Origin: a virus
DNA length: 64,000 nucleotides
Virus record (IMG/VR): IMGVR_UViG_3300030117_006323
Coordinates: 27,171 to 91,170 of that record
Strand: one strand, 5' to 3'
This document shows, in pieces, positions 49,624 to 58,688 of this stretch. Each line of letters starts with the position of its first letter. Position 1 is the first letter of the stretch. The position numbers and the translations under genes were made by a program. Below the pieces are notes generated by a model, which saw only the letters and a program-made list of their open reading frames with translations, was not told where the DNA came from and did not search any database.

Positions 49624-50309
49624 TCTAACACCTCCACATCTTCATTTTCCAAAAGCCTCTTTTTGACACGCCGCCATACTTCTGGGCTTTCTTGCGCCAA
49701 TTCAACTTTCATGATATTGATTGTTTGATTGACAGTCTGTGCTTCGGGTTCAGTCCACTTCTCTTCAATTTTGAGTAAATCCTTGATACTCTCTCTGACT
49801 TCTTTGTGAAGTGTCACAGCATCGCGAACAAACCCTTCTTCGTGGACACTGCCTTCCGCCATTAATTGCTGAAGTTTATGATTTAGGCCTTCTACATTTT
49901 GTCTCAATGTTTTGACTTCTGTCCCAGCAGACAGTGCGACCTCTAACGCAGCACTCTGGCGAACAAGAGGTTGGAAATGTTCTCTCATGTGGTGGTAAAC
50001 TGTAGATTCTGGAATTTCTGTTTCGTTGGCAATTTCTTCGCTAGAAGTGGTGCCTTCGTAGTATGCCTTCTCAATTTCTGCTCTTTGCGGATGAGAACAA
50101 ACAGGGCAAGATGGATTGGCTCCGTGGATGTAATCGCCCATGTGATTTCGGAAGTGACGGTCTGCTGTATTTGCTCTCCAACCCATTTCTTTGTCAAGGT
50201 CTTTACAAGTTCTCACACCTTGCAAAAGAGATTCTTCTAATTCATCTCTATCGCTGTGTTGACAAAACGCGCAGGAGCGCTTTGTAACTCGCTCTCGCTC
50301 AGCCATCAC
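49620..50309 (-). CDS. Tandem Zn-finger/HTH protein with coiled coil, terminase small subunit candidate
   Basis: Two repeats CxxCxH..R.E.E...G.....H...H, then a coiled coil; first gene of the unit leading to terL. Confidence 0.55.
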   Translation of the reverse strand: MMAERERVTKRSCAFCQHSDRDELEESLLQGVRTCKDLDKEMGWRANTADRHFRNHMGDYIHGANPSCPVCSHPQRAEIEKAYYEGTTSSEEIANETEIPESTVYHHMREHFQPLVRQSAALEVALSAGTEVKTLRQNVEGLNHKLQQLMAEGSVHEEGFVRDAVTLHKEVRESIKDLLKIEEKWTEPEAQTVNQTINIMKVELAQESPEVWRRVKKRLLENEDVEVLD

Positions 50310-50331
50310 TCTCTATGAGAGTGGTACAGTG

Positions 50332-50344
50332 GATAAGCCTTTAG
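50332..50344. promoter_or_regulatory. Divergent promoter region
   Basis: Minus-strand CTTATC 22-25 nt before the GTG/ATG at 50309/50306; plus-strand TTTAG about 25 nt before the ATG at 50370. Confidence 0.45.
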
Positions 50345-50366
50345 GCGAAAGGCGGCCTAGGAGGGG

Positions 50367-50648
50367 GTGATGAGGAGATTATCGAGAGCGCCGAAAATTC
50401 TGGGAGTGCCCATCCGGGCAAAAACTGCAATCGACCTTGCAAAGGCAGCAAAAGACATCACTGCAAGGCGTTTTGTCCCTGAAGAAATCAAGCAACAAAG
50501 AATAGAAATTTGTCGTGGTTGTGACCGTTGGCACGAAAACTCACATCGGTGCCTTGAATGCGGCTGCCAAATGAGAGTCAAAACAGGACTTCAAAGTAGC
50601 AGTTGCCCATTAGGAAAATGGGATTCTTATCGGGCAATCCGAGAATAG
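50367..50648 (+). CDS. Small Cys-rich protein (DUF6171-like)
   Basis: RIEICRGC..RCLECGC..K.....CPLGKW pattern common in marine viruses; GGAGG/GGTG RBS. Confidence 0.7.
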   Translation: MMRRLSRAPKILGVPIRAKTAIDLAKAAKDITARRFVPEEIKQQRIEICRGCDRWHENSHRCLECGCQMRVKTGLQSSSCPLGKWDSYRAIRE

Positions 50649-50881
50649 ACATTTGTGAGCATAAGCATGCTCAAAAACAAACCACCCATTACGAATGTCA
50701 AATCATTTTGACTCAATTTACCGTGGGCAAACGCTAAGACAAAAGCAAACAAAATAATGAGACTCAAAAGTTGCACCATAATCATGTCAATGATTACTTT
50801 TTTCTGTGGATTCAAGACATCCATTGCTGAGCGTTCTAAGCCAAACGGCATAATTGTTCCTTTGTTTTTCATCCTAATCAC
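50627..50881 (-). CDS. Small two-TM membrane protein (holin-like size and topology)
   Basis: Two hydrophobic helices: IMVQLLSLIILFAFVLAFA and FVMGGLFLSMLML. Confidence 0.55.
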   Translation of the reverse strand: MIRMKNKGTIMPFGLERSAMDVLNPQKKVIIDMIMVQLLSLIILFAFVLAFAHGKLSQNDLTFVMGGLFLSMLMLTNVYSRIAR

Positions 50882-51495
50882 TTCATCCCAATAAGTCCTC
50901 TACCGAGCGCTCCTACACCTTGTCCTGCTCTTTGGAGGAAGCCGGGGTCAGCGAGCGCTGAATCTAATGCTGTCCCTAGCATAGATTGCTTGGTAAAATT
51001 GATGATTTGGTCTTGAAGAGCAGAAGCGTCAGTCTTGACCTTTTCAGCATCTGCTCTTACTTTTGCGAATTCGCTCACAATATTTTCACTAGAAATAGTC
51101 TGGAGATTATTGGGAAGAGATGAAGTGTCCAAACTCATGGTTCCTGTATCTTCATCAACAGCGAACTTTGCGTTTTTGAAAAATTCAACTATGACCAATT
51201 CCATCATGCTTGACATCATTTCTACATAGGCTTGGAATCCATGGCCAGAAACCCATCTTTCCATGGGATATGTCGCATTCAACAAAGCGACCATCAATTC
51301 CATTTCAGAAGGAGGAGCAACTGGCTGTTGCACTAAATGCTGCTGCCCAAAAGATGCAGCCAAACCTTGAGTAAACGCACCGCCGACAGGGGCTTGTTGT
51401 GCCCAAGGATTGGTCACTGAAGGTCCAGAAGATACAGTAGTTCCGAGATTCAAAGTAGGCCCAGCGGTGGCAGGTTTAGAGTTGAATAGACCCAT
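50878..51495 (-). CDS. Hypothetical protein with Gly-rich amphipathic C-terminus
   Basis: Likely start MGLFNSK at 51495 after GGAGG. Confidence 0.55.
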   Translation of the reverse strand: MGLFNSKPATAGPTLNLGTTVSSGPSVTNPWAQQAPVGGAFTQGLAASFGQQHLVQQPVAPPSEMELMVALLNATYPMERWVSGHGFQAYVEMMSSMMELVIVEFFKNAKFAVDEDTGTMSLDTSSLPNNLQTISSENIVSEFAKVRADAEKVKTDASALQDQIINFTKQSMLGTALDSALADPGFLQRAGQGVGALGRGLIGMK

Positions 51496-51499
51496 GCTA

Positions 51500-52459
51500 T
51501 CATACCTCCTGTGGGGCCACAGGTTCATTTACCTGTTGGACTTGAGCGGGCACTACCATGCTATTTTGCTGTAACATGCTGTTAAAAGCCTCTTGTGCTT
51601 GTTGCTCCATGGCTTCTAATTCATGTTGAAAAATCCGCAAATCAAAGATTATCATCGTGACATCATTCAATTTAGTTACTGGGTTTTGATAATGCAAGAT
51701 GTCAATACCATTTGTGTTCTTGCTGTCTCTTTCCAATTGAGTGAAGAACTCTGCGTATTTTTGCAACATTGGAGGGGTATTGTCTTTTTTCTTGATAGAA
51801 GAAATAGGTACAGCAACTGTAGAGACTCCTTTTTTGACTCTTTCTCGGATTGATTTAGGATTTTCAAGACGTTCTTTTTCTTCTTCTGCTTCCCATTTGG
51901 TGAGTAAATGGTATAGGTGCAAATGTTCAGGACAATAAGTGCCTCGCATTTTGCGACCGCTAGTTACACCTTCTCTAGCGATAAACGCTTCCGCTTCGCC
52001 AGTAACTGGATTAGTCCAATACATATCCCAAAGACTGCGCCCAGTTTCTTCATCTGTAATACGCATGTAAAGATTATCGTATTGAATCAATTTTTTGACA
52101 TCACAACCATCGACAACACATGTGCCTGTATCTTTACTATGACGATATTTTCCACCAAACCACCAACGACGGGGGGACCACCAAGCGCGCTTAGTAGGCC
52201 TCAAAAGACGATAGGCTTGTTTGATGTCCTGCTTTCTGGCTTTGATTGGGTTGGGGTGTCTACTTGGGTAAAAATTTACCTTGGGTACTTCGATATTCTG
52301 TTCTTTAGATGCGCGTTGCATTTCTGATTGCGCAACTTGTTGTTCCAATAATTCACCGTAAGTCAAATTTTTATTGCCTTGCTGTGATAATGCTAGCAAA
52401 TGTTCTTGGTTCGCAGCAGAAAGAGGCGCTCCTGCCGCTGTTGTTCCTAACAAATTCAT
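51500..52459 (-). CDS. Hypothetical protein with possible Zn site and Trp-rich segment
   Basis: CVVDGC...YCPEH; AWWSPRRWWF; coupled to the upstream gene. Confidence 0.55.
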   Translation of the reverse strand: MNLLGTTAAGAPLSAANQEHLLALSQQGNKNLTYGELLEQQVAQSEMQRASKEQNIEVPKVNFYPSRHPNPIKARKQDIKQAYRLLRPTKRAWWSPRRWWFGGKYRHSKDTGTCVVDGCDVKKLIQYDNLYMRITDEETGRSLWDMYWTNPVTGEAEAFIAREGVTSGRKMRGTYCPEHLHLYHLLTKWEAEEEKERLENPKSIRERVKKGVSTVAVPISSIKKKDNTPPMLQKYAEFFTQLERDSKNTNGIDILHYQNPVTKLNDVTMIIFDLRIFQHELEAMEQQAQEAFNSMLQQNSMVVPAQVQQVNEPVAPQEV

Positions 52460-52644
52460 TAATCTCCCTCCACAGGGTAAGCGACTAGTTTGAAAGAGTC
52501 ACCATTTGGCTTCAATTCCCAGCGAATTTTCTGACCTGCGACCAAGCCTAGTTGCCTGACTGCCCAACGAGGGATTGTGGTTCTCAATGAATCACTTTTG
52601 GCCGAAGTTTTTACAACCAAAGTAGTGTCAATGGGGTAAGCCAT
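52459..52644 (-). CDS. AbrB/MazE/SpoVT-like DNA-binding protein
   Basis: SDSLRTTIPRWAVRQLGLVAGQKIRW swapped-hairpin signature; start MAYP 23 nt after a TATA-like box. Confidence 0.8.
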   Translation of the reverse strand: MAYPIDTTLVVKTSAKSDSLRTTIPRWAVRQLGLVAGQKIRWELKPNGDSFKLVAYPVEGD

Positions 52645-52667
52645 GAACCTCCCACAAGGAAGGACAG

Positions 52668-52679
52668 GATAAAGGTTGC
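52668..52679 (-). promoter_or_regulatory. BRE/TATA promoter GCAACCTTTATC
   Basis: Identical 12-mer also at 55052-55063; 23 nt before ATG 52644. Confidence 0.65.
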
Positions 52680-52698
52680 TCATGGAGGCAATTCAGTC

Positions 52699-53193
52699 TT
52701 ACATCTGCGGGAGTTGAGGTATGCCCATTCCTTGAAGTGATTCAAGAGTGACAGGTGGAGCGCCTCTTACACTTGGGTCCATCGCCGCCGGGCCCCAATG
52801 GGGTTGTGTTGCCCCCGGTTCTCCAAAATAACTTTGTTCTGCACCGTGAAAAACCGGGCCGGTGTGTGTTTCTGCTTGATTATACTTTGGGTTTTCAGGT
52901 TTCAGCCTTCCAGTTAAATCATAATCTTGCGGCATACGTTGGACAGGATTTTCTGTAGGGTGTTGTGCATAAGTCCCTTGTTCGTATTGCATAATTCTAG
53001 GCTGTTTAATTCCTTGCCTTTCCATCATTCCTGTAATGGCAGGATGTAATGCTCCTTCAGGCATAAATCGGCTTGACCTTTCCACCCAATTCGGTCCCCG
53101 AGTCTCGACTAGTCTTGGCCTAACCAATTGCTGCTGTGGGTCTGCTTTTAGTAGTGCCCAAGCGTATTCAAAAGCGCTATTCATATTACTCAC
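52699..53193 (-). CDS. Tagged small protein
   Basis: N-terminal SAFEYAWALLK. Confidence 0.6.
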   Translation of the reverse strand: MSNMNSAFEYAWALLKADPQQQLVRPRLVETRGPNWVERSSRFMPEGALHPAITGMMERQGIKQPRIMQYEQGTYAQHPTENPVQRMPQDYDLTGRLKPENPKYNQAETHTGPVFHGAEQSYFGEPGATQPHWGPAAMDPSVRGAPPVTLESLQGMGIPQLPQM

Positions 53194-53512
53194 TGTCCAT
53201 CATCTCTGGTCGCTTAACACCAATTTTACCTGCGGGCACTCCTTGTGCCATAATATCTGTAGGAGCAGCCTCGGCTTCTGGGCCAGCGGGAGGCATCGGA
53301 GGCATAGCCTCCATACCACGACTTCCAGACATAGCAGCCGTCAATTCTTGCAAAAGACCTTCTGCTTGCTCCCGAAGTGCGGGGTCAGGGCTCTCAATAT
53401 TGGCATTTACGAAAGAGCGCAAACTCTGTAATTCAGCCGGAGTGTACTCTTTTCCAGCAGGAGAAACAGGTCGTGCTTTGAGCAAAGACCACGCCAAATC
53501 GAATGGGCCCAT
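53186..53512 (-). CDS. Tagged small protein
   Basis: N-terminal GPFDLAWSLLK. Confidence 0.6.
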   Translation of the reverse strand: MGPFDLAWSLLKARPVSPAGKEYTPAELQSLRSFVNANIESPDPALREQAEGLLQELTAAMSGSRGMEAMPPMPPAGPEAEAAPTDIMAQGVPAGKIGVKRPEMMDSE

Positions 53513-53515
53513 GCC

Positions 53516-54232
53516 CTACCCAGACAATAGGTCTATCATAGTATTTTCTACTTGCCAACCTATCCGAGTAGCCATAAAAGCCCTGCGTGTAGGGATGCCA
53601 TGTTTTTGCAAACGAATTAAATCTGGGCGAAAAGCATCGAACACTTTGTGTTCACCAATTCTGTCCTGCCCCCACAAAACTGTAGCATTGTCATCCCACC
53701 ATTTATCGGCTTTATTGGCCACAAGAACAATCAATTTTGGAGCATAATTTTTTCCTCTCCACCAAGTAGATAATTTTCGATAGCGGTATTGTCTATTGAC
53801 AAGACAATCGACTAGATATTTGAATCCACCAACGGCTTGGATAGCATCATCGCCGCCTTTCATCGCTCTATCGTCAAACATGAAAACAACTGCTTCCACT
53901 TTACGATTCACCATATCATCAATCCAAAGATTCCAAAATCGCTCTTCTCCCCCTAAATCGGCAGAATATACAACACGCTTCTCGCCCTTCCAACTCAGTC
54001 TTTTCCGAGTAGGTCGGGGTAAAATGTAATGACCCATGATTTTGAAATGGTCGGTTCTATCTTCTTCTGCTATGGGTTCCATTTCACCCGGAGTTGTCAT
54101 GTATCTATCTAGAGTTGTTTTACCCACCATAGATGGACCGTAAATACCCACACGCCTCGGCTTCCAATAATTCCACAACTCTTTAGCCCAAACCATACCG
54201 CCGACAAGGGCAGAACCCGCAATAGCAGACAT
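53516..54232 (-). CDS. Ras-superfamily (Arf-like) small GTPase
   Basis: G1 GPSMVGKTT, G3 DLGG(E), AVVFMFD, G4 ANKAD, G5-like FMAT; N-terminal hydrophobic/amphipathic helix. Confidence 0.85.
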   Translation of the reverse strand: MSAIAGSALVGGMVWAKELWNYWKPRRVGIYGPSMVGKTTLDRYMTTPGEMEPIAEEDRTDHFKIMGHYILPRPTRKRLSWKGEKRVVYSADLGGEERFWNLWIDDMVNRKVEAVVFMFDDRAMKGGDDAIQAVGGFKYLVDCLVNRQYRYRKLSTWWRGKNYAPKLIVLVANKADKWWDDNATVLWGQDRIGEHKVFDAFRPDLIRLQKHGIPTRRAFMATRIGWQVENTMIDLLSG

Positions 54233-54478
54233 CTAGACCAACTTTTCCAATTGCCTAATTGCCCAATCACTCAGCCAATCTCCAGTGCTCTCCCAAAGAT
54301 TCCAATCAGTATAATGTTCAAAAGCAGACACAACGAATACGGCTATTGTCCCGAAAACTAAAACTTTAACCCAGCCCAATACACGTTCATACGCATTGTC
54401 TAATTCGTTGGCAATATGCATAGCCCGTAAAGTGGCTTCCGTAGCATCGTCACTCGGCGTCTTAAACAGCCAACCCAT
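54233..54478 (-). CDS. Single-TM membrane protein
   Basis: VLGWVKVLVFGTIAVFVVSAF. Confidence 0.6.
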   Translation of the reverse strand: MGWLFKTPSDDATEATLRAMHIANELDNAYERVLGWVKVLVFGTIAVFVVSAFEHYTDWNLWESTGDWLSDWAIRQLEKLV

Positions 54479-54487
54479 GAGAATACC

Positions 54488-55027
54488 TCACGACTCTTTC
54501 TTTTTGAATTTACCATCAGCGCCTCTGTTAGGTTCATCATCATCATCGAAAGAAACACCTAATGACATTGCTTCTTGAGCAGAGGCTCTGTGGTCTGGGG
54601 GTGATGGATTGAAAATCTTATCTTCATTTTCTAGTGCCCCCCATGTTGGCGAGCGTCCGGGGTTTTGTTCCATGTATCGTAATTCAGACTCTAATTGTGC
54701 TTCTTGCATTCTCAATTCAAGGTCCTCACGACGCGAATCAAAACCACGCTGCAATTCTCGATAACGATTTTGCCTGCGCCTTTCTGCTTCTTGCAAATGC
54801 ATACGTTCATCCATGTTTTGTTGGAAAAACATCTTAAATACATAATACCCAAGACCTTGCATTGCAAAACCGCCCATTGCGTAGGTGACACCATTCATAA
54901 CTGCGCCATCTAGACGAAGCCATAATTCTGCATCAAAAATTCCTACAGCCACGCCGACAAAAATAGACTGCGCTAAAATTAGACCCATCAAACGAATCTC
55001 GGCTTGTTGTTCAGCATCAGTTGCCAT
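54488..55027 (-). CDS. Two-TM membrane protein with coiled coil
   Basis: Two hydrophobic helices then an E/R/Q-rich coiled coil; start MATDAE 24 nt after the TATA-like box. Confidence 0.6.
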   Translation of the reverse strand: MATDAEQQAEIRLMGLILAQSIFVGVAVGIFDAELWLRLDGAVMNGVTYAMGGFAMQGLGYYVFKMFFQQNMDERMHLQEAERRRQNRYRELQRGFDSRREDLELRMQEAQLESELRYMEQNPGRSPTWGALENEDKIFNPSPPDHRASAQEAMSLGVSFDDDDEPNRGADGKFKKKES

Positions 55028-55051
55028 ATTTGAGGCCACACGAGGAGGCAA

Positions 55052-55063
55052 GATAAAGGTTGC
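55052..55063 (-). promoter_or_regulatory. BRE/TATA promoter GCAACCTTTATC
   Basis: Identical to 52668-52679; 24 nt before ATG 55027. Confidence 0.65.
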
Positions 55064-55068
55064 CTATC

Positions 55069-57909
55069 TCACTGAAGGATGTTTAAAGCCTCGTCTAAGG
55101 GCATTTCTGTCGGCGGTAGAACGCCTACTTGGCTACCGGCCATCCATTGCCAATCAGAACCATGGTCTTTCTCTGCTCTTTCCCTACCTTGCTTTTCGGC
55201 TGTTCTTGCTTGTGAGGCTGTGGGCTGAAATGCACTATGCATTACAGCCACTGGGGCACCATAAGCCCATGCAGCCGCTGTGCTTTTTTCTGGATTTGCT
55301 GTCGCATGCCCTAACCTTTCTTCTGCTGTTTGGCGAATTCGTTCATTGAAAGCATCGTTCAAAAGTTCAATTCTTTGTGCCTCTTGTTCTTGGTGTTCTT
55401 CTTGTTCTTTTTCCCGGCCACTTTGACGCATTGCCATTAATTTTTCTGATAAAGATGGGCCCATACCCAAATCCATCATTTGGTGGTCTGTTTGGGTTAA
55501 GTATGGAATAGCGAGACCAGATGCTCTGTCAAAATGATATTCATCTAAATTAGCCGCTTTATCTCGTTCAGCGAACCATTGTGGTGTAAATCTTTGTCGA
55601 GCGGCCAGTTCATACGCTATACTATTTTCACCACCATATTTTTCTGGGTCAATAAGAGGCTTTTGGGGATATTTACGTCTGAAGCGTTGTCTCAATTGGT
55701 CCAATATCGTGCCAGCAGGAAGAATAATACTGCCACCAAGACCCAATTGTTCAAGCAAACTCACAGGGTCTATTTTCAATAATTCCCAAGCATGGTCAAT
55801 TGGTGTTTCAGATTTACCTACTTGAGTAACTTCATCCCCGGGATACAAAGGTGGTCTGCCTTGTGCCATTCTTTGTTGTTCTTGATGAGCAAGTAAATCC
55901 CAGCCTGTTAAATTAGCAATACGCTCTTCTTCTTTCAATCTTGCTTGCATCGCCGCTTGCTGTTGGTCGTTGTGCACATCCCACGGCTCCATGGCCAATT
56001 CAGGGAATCTTTGTCTTTCTTCTTCCCACAATTTCATCTGCCTGTCTCTGAAAAATTGTGTCGGGTCCTCTTGCATCAAATCCAAAAATCCTTGATTGCT
56101 AATTTCTCGGGCTTGCTGTTCTCTGCCTGCTCCTTGCTCTAATCTTCGCAATAATGAAAATACTTTGGCTCTTGTTTCTGGGTCCAAATCTTCTCGGTGA
56201 CCACCTTCTTCACCGGGAACTCTCAAAATGCGTCTTTGTTCAGCAGGGTCCTCATAGAGTTCTTCAGGCCCACCCATCGCTAAAGTGTGGCCTAACATAT
56301 CCATCAAAGGTTGTGCATAATGACGAATATAGCGATTTCTGATTTCATCAGGTTTTTCCATTGCATTGGCCATATTTCTAAATCTTCTCGCAGCAGCAGT
56401 GTGACCAGAGTCTTGTAATAATTCTGCTTCTGCTCTCAAATCTTCTACACTCACTGACTCTTGATGTGTGTAAGGACGATGTGGCTCTTCGTCTTCTTCA
56501 TCTTCTTTAAGCAAACGGAAAGCAAGGTCCATTGGTTCACCTGTTTGCAGCCATCCTTCCCCAGATGTTAATGGTATGGGGTTTTCTCCCATCCGACTGT
56601 CAGCCATTGCGTCAGTCCAATTAGTCACATAGTTTATTGCAGGTTGAGGGGCTGTCAGATATTGCCTTGGTATATCCCCGTAATGCGCAAATGTATGTGC
56701 ATTCATGACTGGGTCCCATAGCGGTTCAACTGGGTTACCTTGTTCAGCCATATCTCGGAAGAATTGTTCTCTGATGCCAACCATTAGTGGTTTTCTTTGT
56801 GTCCCTTGGTTTGGATTTTCAAAACCTGCTTCTTCTTGCTTTTTACGTTGGGCCATCGCGGCTTCTCGGGCCCCATAATTTGCATAACGCTCGGCTGTCG
56901 AGAGGTCCCCTGTCCCAAACACAGCAGGTGGAATATCTTCATTAACGGTCTCCACAATATCTCCGGGCCTAACCTTTTGCCGTCCTGTTGCGATTTGAAA
57001 TTCACCGGGTGTCAGTCCTTCTGCTTCAATTTGTGGAGCACGAGTATGCCTTGTTCCGTGATAAGCAACGACATCACCTTGTGAAGATGGCCAAAATGGC
57101 ATAAACTCGCCAAGTTCTTGCTGATTCCTCAGCGGCCCTGTTGTATGAGTGCCTGTATAATCCAAGTCTACTTTGAGCAACCGCATGGCGATGTCCATAG
57201 GTTCGCTTGCACGAAAATCAGAAGATGACATTTCTTCATCGAGATTCTGTGGCTCTAGATTACCCGGATTCATATCCGACATGAGTTCATACAGTCGATT
57301 CATGATTTCCTCTTCTGACATTTGTTTGATACGCGCCTCAAGAGTATCTACATCTGGATGTGGACCTACATCTGCTTTAGGATTAGGGACACTGGTTGGT
57401 GCACCGGGGGCCCCTTCAAAGAGAGACCAATCTGGATTCTGTGTATCCTCGTGATAAGCCTCTCTTAATGCTGGGGCCTCATTTTCTTGCAACTTTTGCC
57501 TTCGCTCTAATTCGTGTTGCAGCATAATTACTTCCGCTGTTTCGGGTTGAATGCCAGAAGGAGTCCTTTCGTATAAATCAGCATCAGGGCTGAAAGGATG
57601 GTCATGTCCAAAAGGATGCATGGCATATTCTGGTGATGGCCCAGTAGAGACTCCTTCTGTGACTCTTCTGTTTCTTTCTATGATGAAGGGATTAGCGTCT
57701 TGGGGGAATAGGTTAGCGAACAGATTGGCGTGCTGAATAAGTTCTGCTTCCGTCATGTGCGGAATTTCATCAATCGCCGGAAGTCCAAGGTTTGTAAAAT
57801 GGTCTTGAAGTTCTTGAGGGTCGCTAAAATCAACAGGAGGTGGTACATCTATAGTCGGTGGGCCTTGATATTCATCATCATCTTGTTTGATGATTCTGAC
57901 GATGCCCAT
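55069..57909 (-). CDS. Tagged polyprotein-like protein (946 aa) with an ADP-ribosyltransferase-like module
   Basis: Three internal tags plus a degenerate C-terminal one; module 2 has VVAYHGT..I..EGL..AVFGT.D...A.RYA..DIPRQYL. Confidence 0.65.
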   Translation of the reverse strand: MGIVRIIKQDDDEYQGPPTIDVPPPVDFSDPQELQDHFTNLGLPAIDEIPHMTEAELIQHANLFANLFPQDANPFIIERNRRVTEGVSTGPSPEYAMHPFGHDHPFSPDADLYERTPSGIQPETAEVIMLQHELERRQKLQENEAPALREAYHEDTQNPDWSLFEGAPGAPTSVPNPKADVGPHPDVDTLEARIKQMSEEEIMNRLYELMSDMNPGNLEPQNLDEEMSSSDFRASEPMDIAMRLLKVDLDYTGTHTTGPLRNQQELGEFMPFWPSSQGDVVAYHGTRHTRAPQIEAEGLTPGEFQIATGRQKVRPGDIVETVNEDIPPAVFGTGDLSTAERYANYGAREAAMAQRKKQEEAGFENPNQGTQRKPLMVGIREQFFRDMAEQGNPVEPLWDPVMNAHTFAHYGDIPRQYLTAPQPAINYVTNWTDAMADSRMGENPIPLTSGEGWLQTGEPMDLAFRLLKEDEEDEEPHRPYTHQESVSVEDLRAEAELLQDSGHTAAARRFRNMANAMEKPDEIRNRYIRHYAQPLMDMLGHTLAMGGPEELYEDPAEQRRILRVPGEEGGHREDLDPETRAKVFSLLRRLEQGAGREQQAREISNQGFLDLMQEDPTQFFRDRQMKLWEEERQRFPELAMEPWDVHNDQQQAAMQARLKEEERIANLTGWDLLAHQEQQRMAQGRPPLYPGDEVTQVGKSETPIDHAWELLKIDPVSLLEQLGLGGSIILPAGTILDQLRQRFRRKYPQKPLIDPEKYGGENSIAYELAARQRFTPQWFAERDKAANLDEYHFDRASGLAIPYLTQTDHQMMDLGMGPSLSEKLMAMRQSGREKEQEEHQEQEAQRIELLNDAFNERIRQTAEERLGHATANPEKSTAAAWAYGAPVAVMHSAFQPTASQARTAEKQGRERAEKDHGSDWQWMAGSQVGVLPPTEMPLDEALNILQ

Positions 57910-57996
57910 GGCTATGCCTCATCCGTTGGGACAAAGAGGTAACAAATAGGTTTTCGGTCGTAAACCTGAATACCTTGCTACTTATGCCAGAGGGTA

Positions 57997-58575
57997 ATGA
58001 GCGTCCAGCATGGAAGCATTCTTGTTGTTCCTTCAAAGGAACATATCAGGAAAAACCCTGCATTCAAGAAAGCGCACCCTGCATTACTCGCTGTTTTACC
58101 TATGCTAATATCAGCAGCGGGTAAAGTAGTGGGCGGAGCCATCGGTTCGCCTATGAAAATGGGCAAAAAAATCATGGGAATGAATCAACAATCTGCAAGT
58201 GGAACACAGAACGTATCACAAATGGCAAATGCAGCGGCTGATGCAGATGACCAAATAGTACAACAAACACGACAAGCAGCAACACAACACGCACAAGTCC
58301 AAACAGGTGAATCAATGGATTTGGCTTGGCGTTTATTGAAACGCGCTACTTCTCCTGAAGCATTGCGACACAAAAGAGAATACGATACACAGTACGAATC
58401 TACACCTGAACGTGTAAATTATCGTGAAGAACTCAATGCTGAACGAAGAAAAAGAGGTATCATGGGTCAAGGGGGACCTGATATGAGTCACACTAAGCGA
58501 GGAGTTCTTGTCGCAGAAAGCCCACACGCAAATCGTGCTCGTCATTTCAAAGAGCGTGGGACTCTAAAACCGTAA
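57997..58575 (+). CDS. Tagged protein with a C-terminal basic, degenerate HNH-like module
   Basis: GESMDLAWRLLK then ELNAERRKRG..DMSHTK.G.LV.E....NRARH. Confidence 0.65.
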   Translation: MSVQHGSILVVPSKEHIRKNPAFKKAHPALLAVLPMLISAAGKVVGGAIGSPMKMGKKIMGMNQQSASGTQNVSQMANAAADADDQIVQQTRQAATQHAQVQTGESMDLAWRLLKRATSPEALRHKREYDTQYESTPERVNYREELNAERRKRGIMGQGGPDMSHTKRGVLVAESPHANRARHFKERGTLKP

Positions 58576-58688
58576 AGAAAAGTTCAAGGAGTGAACGTGC
58601 TTCGGCTAATCCGGCTCCCATCGGGTTTTCCGTATTTCTCACCTTCGGTAATCACGGCTTCGGCATCCATCCTCACCCGGTGGGGCCA

